This document shows positions 60,092 through 64,000 of a DNA stretch of 64,000 bases, one piece after another. The translations under genes were made by a program, and so were the position numbers. The notes beneath the pieces are model-generated. The model saw only the letters and a list, made by a program, of their open reading frames with translations. It did no database searches and had not been told where the DNA came from. Every line of letters starts with the position of its first letter. Within the stretch, counting starts at the first letter, position 1. This DNA comes from Syntrophales bacterium. Its GTDB lineage: Bacteria; Desulfobacterota; Syntrophia; Syntrophales; UBA2210. The stretch is from positions 16,974 through 80,973 of the forward strand of contig JALOBE010000006.1 in NCBI GenBank assembly GCA_023228425.1, in the 5' to 3' direction.

Positions 60092-60632
60092 GCCGGGTCG
60101 CCTTCACATTGTCGTACGCTCCGGAGGCGGACATTTTCAGGGTCAGACCCCGCTCTATGCTTTCCAGGCGTACGGTGTTCCAGGCCCGGACCAGCGATCC
60201 GAGAAGAGGCGTGTTCACCACCGGCGCGCCCCCCACGCTGAGGCCGCATTCGCGGGCGATGGGAACGGCATCCACCGTGGCCGTCAGGACTCCCGGCTTG
60301 TCATCAGGACGGAAACGGTCCGGAGGCTTCGGGCTGTTGACGATGAGAATCCCCCCGTCCCGGAGTCGGCCCGTGACGTCCGCCACGCGAAAAATAGACT
60401 CATCGAGGACCACTACGATGTCGGCCATGACGATCTGCGAAAAGGTCCTGATGGGTTCGTCGGCGATTCTCGTGGATGCCGTCAGAGGTGCTCCCCGCCG
60501 CTCGGGACCGAAGGTCGGCGCCGAGGTTACGCCTTTGTAGCCCTGAAAATAGGCGGCTTCGGCGAGGATCTCCGACGCCATGACCACGCCCTGTCCCCCC
60601 CGTCCGTGCCAGATGATTTCATACATAACCAT
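60039..60632 (-). CDS. porG: 2-oxoacid:ferredoxin oxidoreductase gamma subunit
   Basis: 197 aa. It starts 'YEIIWHGRGGQGVVMASEILAEAAY'. The gamma-delta-alpha-beta order is that of archaeal-type POR/VOR. Pyruvate versus branched-chain 2-oxoacid specificity cannot be told from the sequence by eye. Confidence 0.85.
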   Translation of the reverse strand: MVMYEIIWHGRGGQGVVMASEILAEAAYFQGYKGVTSAPTFGPERRGAPLTASTRIADEPIRTFSQIVMADIVVVLDESIFRVADVTGRLRDGGILIVNSPKPPDRFRPDDKPGVLTATVDAVPIARECGLSVGGAPVVNTPLLGSLVRAWNTVRLESIERGLTLKMSASGAYDNVKATRLAYERTVLGERTNGTEG

Positions 60633-60654
60633 GACTCCCGGCGGCGAAAGGCCG

Positions 60655-60698
60655 CAAACAAAAAGGAAACAAAAAGGCCGCGGTACCGTTCCGCGGCC
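60655..60698 (-). terminator. intrinsic terminator located 180 nt after hflX and only ~25 nt before the porG RBS
   Basis: On the minus strand it reads GGCCGCGG-AACGGTA-CCGCGGCC (60698-60676), followed by TTTTTGTTTCCTTTTTGTTT. Confidence 0.75.
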
Positions 60699-60880
60699 TC
60701 ATCGAGTGTGTGCTGGTTAATCCTGTTGTGTGTACGCGAGTGCGATGACGAGGCCCCTATGTGGGTCCTGTAAGAGCGAGATTACCCTGCAACAGCAGCT
60801 CGTTCACGGTCATCATCGTCACTGTGTTCTCCTGTATCGGTATATAATGTTACATTGGTTAACGGAAGAATCGGGATATG

Positions 60881-62482
60881 TCAAGAAAAATCTTGCTCAG
60901 AAAAATCCTGTTCAAAAAACCCCGCTTCACTGAAACCATCGGTGTAGGCCTTTTCTTCCGGGAGCAGCTTTTCTATGTGTTCCATGAGCGTGCCGAAGCC
61001 GGCCGGGTCAAGGGCCGATATAAGCAGGCCCTGGTAGCGGCGGCCTGTGTTCTCAAGCAGGGTCCTGTCCGGGCAGAGGTCGATCTTGTTGAACACCCGG
61101 ACCATGGGAGTCCGTGACAGCCCCAGTTCATTCAGGATGGATTCAACGGCGGCCATCTGCTCCTCGAATGCGGGGTTCGAGATGTCGATCACCTGCAGGA
61201 GCAGGTCCGCCTCGTGCAACTCCTCCAGGGTGGCCCGAAAGGCGGCCATCAGTTCCCTGGGCAGGTCCCGGATGAACCCGACGGTGTCGGTGATGACGGC
61301 GGACCGGTCACGGGGGAAACGGAGGCGGGAGCTCTTGGGGTCCAGGGTGGCGAAAAGACGGTCTTCGGCGCGGACGGTGCTGCCCGTCAGGGCGTTGAGC
61401 AGGGTTGATTTGCCGGCGTTGGTGTATCCCACGATCGATATGATCGGCAGGCCTTCCCGTTTTCTCAGGGAACGCCGCTGTGTCCTTCCCCGGCGTACCC
61501 TGGTCAGTTCCTTTTCCAGGCGGTTGATGCGGTCCCGGACCAGGCGGCGGTTGATTTCGAGCTTTGTCTCGCCGGGCCCCCGCCCGCCGATGCCGCCGGT
61601 GAGACGGGACATGGCGGTGTTTTTTTTAGCCAGCCGGGGGAGAAGGTATTTCATCTGGGCCAGTTCAACCTGTATCTTGCCGTCTCTCGAATGGGCCCGC
61701 TGGGCGAAGATATCGAGGATGAGCTGGGTCCGGTCGATGACTTTCATTTCCGTCATGTCGGCGATGGACCGGGCCTGCCCCGGGGTCAGCTCGCGGTCGA
61801 AGATCAGGAGGTTCGCTCCTATCTGGAGGGCCTTCATCACCATCCGTGACAGTTTTCCCCTGCCCAGGACGAAGCGCGGGTCAACCTTGTTTCGGCGCTG
61901 GATCAGGGAGTCGAAGACCTCTACGCCGGAAGAACGGGCCAGTTCTTTCAACTCGGCAAGGGAACTTTCGCTGTCGAATGACGGGTCGTCGGAGACGCTC
62001 ACCAAAATGGCCCTGTCGGCGGATTCAACCTTCCGCAGGGCCTGGCGCCGGGCCAGCTCTCCTTCCAGGGCCTGAATGAACGAGGAAAAATCAAGGTCAA
62101 GCTCCGCCGGATGCAGGGGCTTCATGAGAAGCCAGTAGTCGCCGTGGGCGTTTTCCGGGACCAGGTGCCCCAGGTGCAGGTGATGGGGCAGACCCGTGCT
62201 GTCCATGGTCAGAGCTCCCACGAGGTCCAGCCGAAGCAGCGCCATGTCCGTCAGGTCCTCCCGGCTGAGAGCCTCGCCGGCCAGGTGGGTGTGAATCAGG
62301 CGGAGACCTGCCAGACGGGATGAGGGACCGCGGCGGGCTTCGATGTCGGGAATGACGATCTGACGGTGGTCGCCGAGAATGACGAACTCCGTTTCGCCCC
62401 GCCGGTTGACCAGGACACCGATCTGGCGGCCCAATCTGTGGGAGAGTTCCGTGAGCGCCCGCGCGTATTCCTGGCTCACCAC
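60881..62482 (-). CDS. hflX: GTPase HflX (long form); the true start is probably upstream of 62482
   Basis: It has the G1 motif 'IVGYTNAGKSTL' and the HflX N-domain 'RQIGVLVNRRGETEFVILGD'. The frame stays open and coding-like up to 62641 with no ATG/GTG/TTG (see findings). Confidence 0.85.
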   Translation of the reverse strand: MVSQEYARALTELSHRLGRQIGVLVNRRGETEFVILGDHRQIVIPDIEARRGPSSRLAGLRLIHTHLAGEALSREDLTDMALLRLDLVGALTMDSTGLPHHLHLGHLVPENAHGDYWLLMKPLHPAELDLDFSSFIQALEGELARRQALRKVESADRAILVSVSDDPSFDSESSLAELKELARSSGVEVFDSLIQRRNKVDPRFVLGRGKLSRMVMKALQIGANLLIFDRELTPGQARSIADMTEMKVIDRTQLILDIFAQRAHSRDGKIQVELAQMKYLLPRLAKKNTAMSRLTGGIGGRGPGETKLEINRRLVRDRINRLEKELTRVRRGRTQRRSLRKREGLPIISIVGYTNAGKSTLLNALTGSTVRAEDRLFATLDPKSSRLRFPRDRSAVITDTVGFIRDLPRELMAAFRATLEELHEADLLLQVIDISNPAFEEQMAAVESILNELGLSRTPMVRVFNKIDLCPDRTLLENTGRRYQGLLISALDPAGFGTLMEHIEKLLPEEKAYTDGFSEAGFFEQDFSEQDFS

Positions 62483-62748
62483 CCTGTCGGGGGTGAGGCG
62501 CCGGCGGTAGAATTGCTCCAGGGCCCGAATGTCGCCGGACTTGAGGCCCGTTGTGTTTCCGTAAATCCGTTGTGCTATGGTAGTATCTCCATCAATGACG
62601 CTTACATCTGTTTGGTATGATAGGTCGCCGCCGGTGGAGCGTCAAGAAAATAAAATGCCACGAATTCGACCGTGTGCCTGACCGGCAGTCACCAAATCAA
62701 CGGCTGCCCTCCCGCCCGATAGCCCATGGAATTGCGGGAAATTTTTCC

Positions 62749-62777
62749 TTGACAGAGGAGGGTGGTTACATTATATA
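62749..62777 (+). promoter_or_regulatory. candidate sigma70 promoter for acs
   Basis: TTGACA (62749-62754), an exact 17-nt spacer, then TATATA (62772-62777). It lies about 85 nt upstream of the acs ATG. Confidence 0.5.
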
Positions 62778-62860
62778 GCACCGGATTCAAAAGGTTATGA
62801 TAATCAGCAGGCGCTCCGGCGTCTCCACGAAGAATCGTCAATACATAATGGAGGTAGAAC

Positions 62861-64000
62861 ATGGCAGATGTTGAATTGAAGGAAGTGTATCCGGTACCAC
62901 CGCAAGCGTTGGAGCGCGCTCACATCAAGGGCAAGGAACAATACGAAGCCCTGTACAAGCGTTCTCTGGAAGATCCTGAAGGGTTCTGGACGGAAATTGC
63001 CGAAGAGTACGTCACCTGGTTCAAAAAATGGGACGGCAAGGTCGAAGACTACAACTTCGACAAAAATAAAGGCCCCGTCTATGTCAAGTACTTCGAAGGC
63101 GGCAAGCTGAATGTTTCTTATAACTGTCTCGATCGTCACCTGGACAAGCGGGCCGACCAGGTCGCCATCCAGTGGGAGGGGAACGAGCCCGGAGAAGAGC
63201 GGGGCATAACGTACAAGGAACTTCACGAGCAGGTCTGCAGGTTCGCCAATGTTCTGAAAGCCCTGGGCATAAAGAAGAGTGACCGGGTCTGTCTCTACAT
63301 GCCCATGATTCCCGAGTTGGCAATCGCCATGCTCGCCTGTACGCGGATCGGCGTAATCCACAGCATCGTCTTTGGAGGATTCAGCGCTGACGCGCTCCGT
63401 GATCGCATACAGGACAGCGAATCCCGTATCGTTGTGGTCTGCGATGGCACGTTCCGGGGAAGCAAGGCCGTTCCCCAGAAGGCGTCGGCCGACGAGGCCG
63501 TGGCCGACTGCCCCTCGGTGGAAAAAATGATCGTCGTCAACCGCGTGGGCGACAAGATCAAATGCGCCTGGAACGAAGGCAGAGACCTCTGGTGGCACGA
63601 AGAGATGGCAAAGGTGGACGCCGTCTGCGAGCCGGAGTGGATGGATGCCGAAGACCCCCTCTTCACGCTCTATACGTCGGGATCCACGGGCAAGCCCAAG
63701 GGCGTGCTCCATACTACGGGCGGCTACCTTGCCTACGTAGCCTATACGCACAAGATGGTCTTCGATTACCATGACGGAGATATCTACTGGTGTACCGCCG
63801 ACATCGGATGGGTCACGGGCCACAGCTATATCGTTTACGGTCCCCTCTGCAACGGTGCTACCACCATCATGTTCGAAGGTGTGCCCAACTACCCCACCAT
63901 GAGCCGCTTCTGGCAGATCGTGGAAAAATACAAGGTCAACATATTCTACACGGCTCCCACGGCAATCCGCGCTATCGCGAAGGAAGGTCTCGAGTATGTG
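62861..64000 (+). CDS. acs: acetyl-CoA synthetase (AMP-forming), N-terminal 380 codons; the gene continues beyond the window
   Basis: It is not in the ORF track because there is no stop codon in the window. It reads '[15 protein letters not shown]...FWTEIAEEY...[11 protein letters not shown]...[20 protein letters not shown]...[14 protein letters not shown]'. GGAGG lies 8 nt upstream of ATG 62861. Confidence 0.95.
   Translation, partial: MADVELKEVYPVPPQALERAHIKGKEQYEALYKRSLEDPEGFWTEIAEEYVTWFKKWDGKVEDYNFDKNKGPVYVKYFEGGKLNVSYNCLDRHLDKRADQVAIQWEGNEPGEERGITYKELHEQVCRFANVLKALGIKKSDRVCLYMPMIPELAIAMLACTRIGVIHSIVFGGFSADALRDRIQDSESRIVVVCDGTFRGSKAVPQKASADEAVADCPSVEKMIVVNRVGDKIKCAWNEGRDLWWHEEMAKVDAVCEPEWMDAEDPLFTLYTSGSTGKPKGVLHTTGGYLAYVAYTHKMVFDYHDGDIYWCTADIGWVTGHSYIVYGPLCNGATTIMFEGVPNYPTMSRFWQIVEKYKVNIFYTAPTAIRAIAKEGLEYV

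Noticed and set aside
62804-63823. 339-aa ORF on the minus strand, the only track ORF covering this region
   Set aside because: It is antisense to a clear acetyl-CoA synthetase reading frame (62861 to the window end, + strand) that the track omits for lack of a stop codon. Its translation has no recognisable motifs and is Arg/Gly/Val-rich, as is typical of shadow ORFs in GC-rich DNA.

Overview
GC-rich chromosomal segment of a diderm, probably anaerobic bacterium; the gene content resembles Deltaproteobacteria/Thermodesulfobacteriota, but this was not verified. It is mostly tightly packed core genes. In order: an isoprenoid cluster (ispA', dxs, tlyA, ispH fusion); tmk-holB-ricT-metG; a gluconeogenic block (gap-fba-fbp, minus strand); a small AT-rich islet with vapBC and a transposase remnant; an acyl-CoA dehydrogenase; a long minus-strand envelope block (lysS, lolCD, bamA, skp, lpxD, lpxA, oxidoreductase, lpxB, msbA, lpxK, waaF, gmhB, waaC, trm112-like, nuclease); hldA, DUF4416-like, yicC, EIID-like, ptsH, ptsI, plsB; eno; a complete A/V-type ATPase operon (I-K-E-C-F-A-B-D plus two extra genes); ttcA-smpB; a degenerate region; a four-subunit 2-oxoacid:ferredoxin oxidoreductase; hflX; and the 5' part of acs, which runs off the window and is absent from the ORF track. 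No rRNA gene, intact tRNA or CRISPR array was seen. The most notable points are the IspH-UbiA-like fusion, an archaeal DUF61-like gene inside the ATPase operon with a Na+-type c-subunit signature, a leader ORF plus intrinsic terminator directly upstream of the oxidoreductase operon, and an hflX N-terminal coding region with no canonical start codon. All homology calls were made by eye from the translations, with no database search. Many long ORFs in the track are antisense shadows typical of GC-rich DNA.
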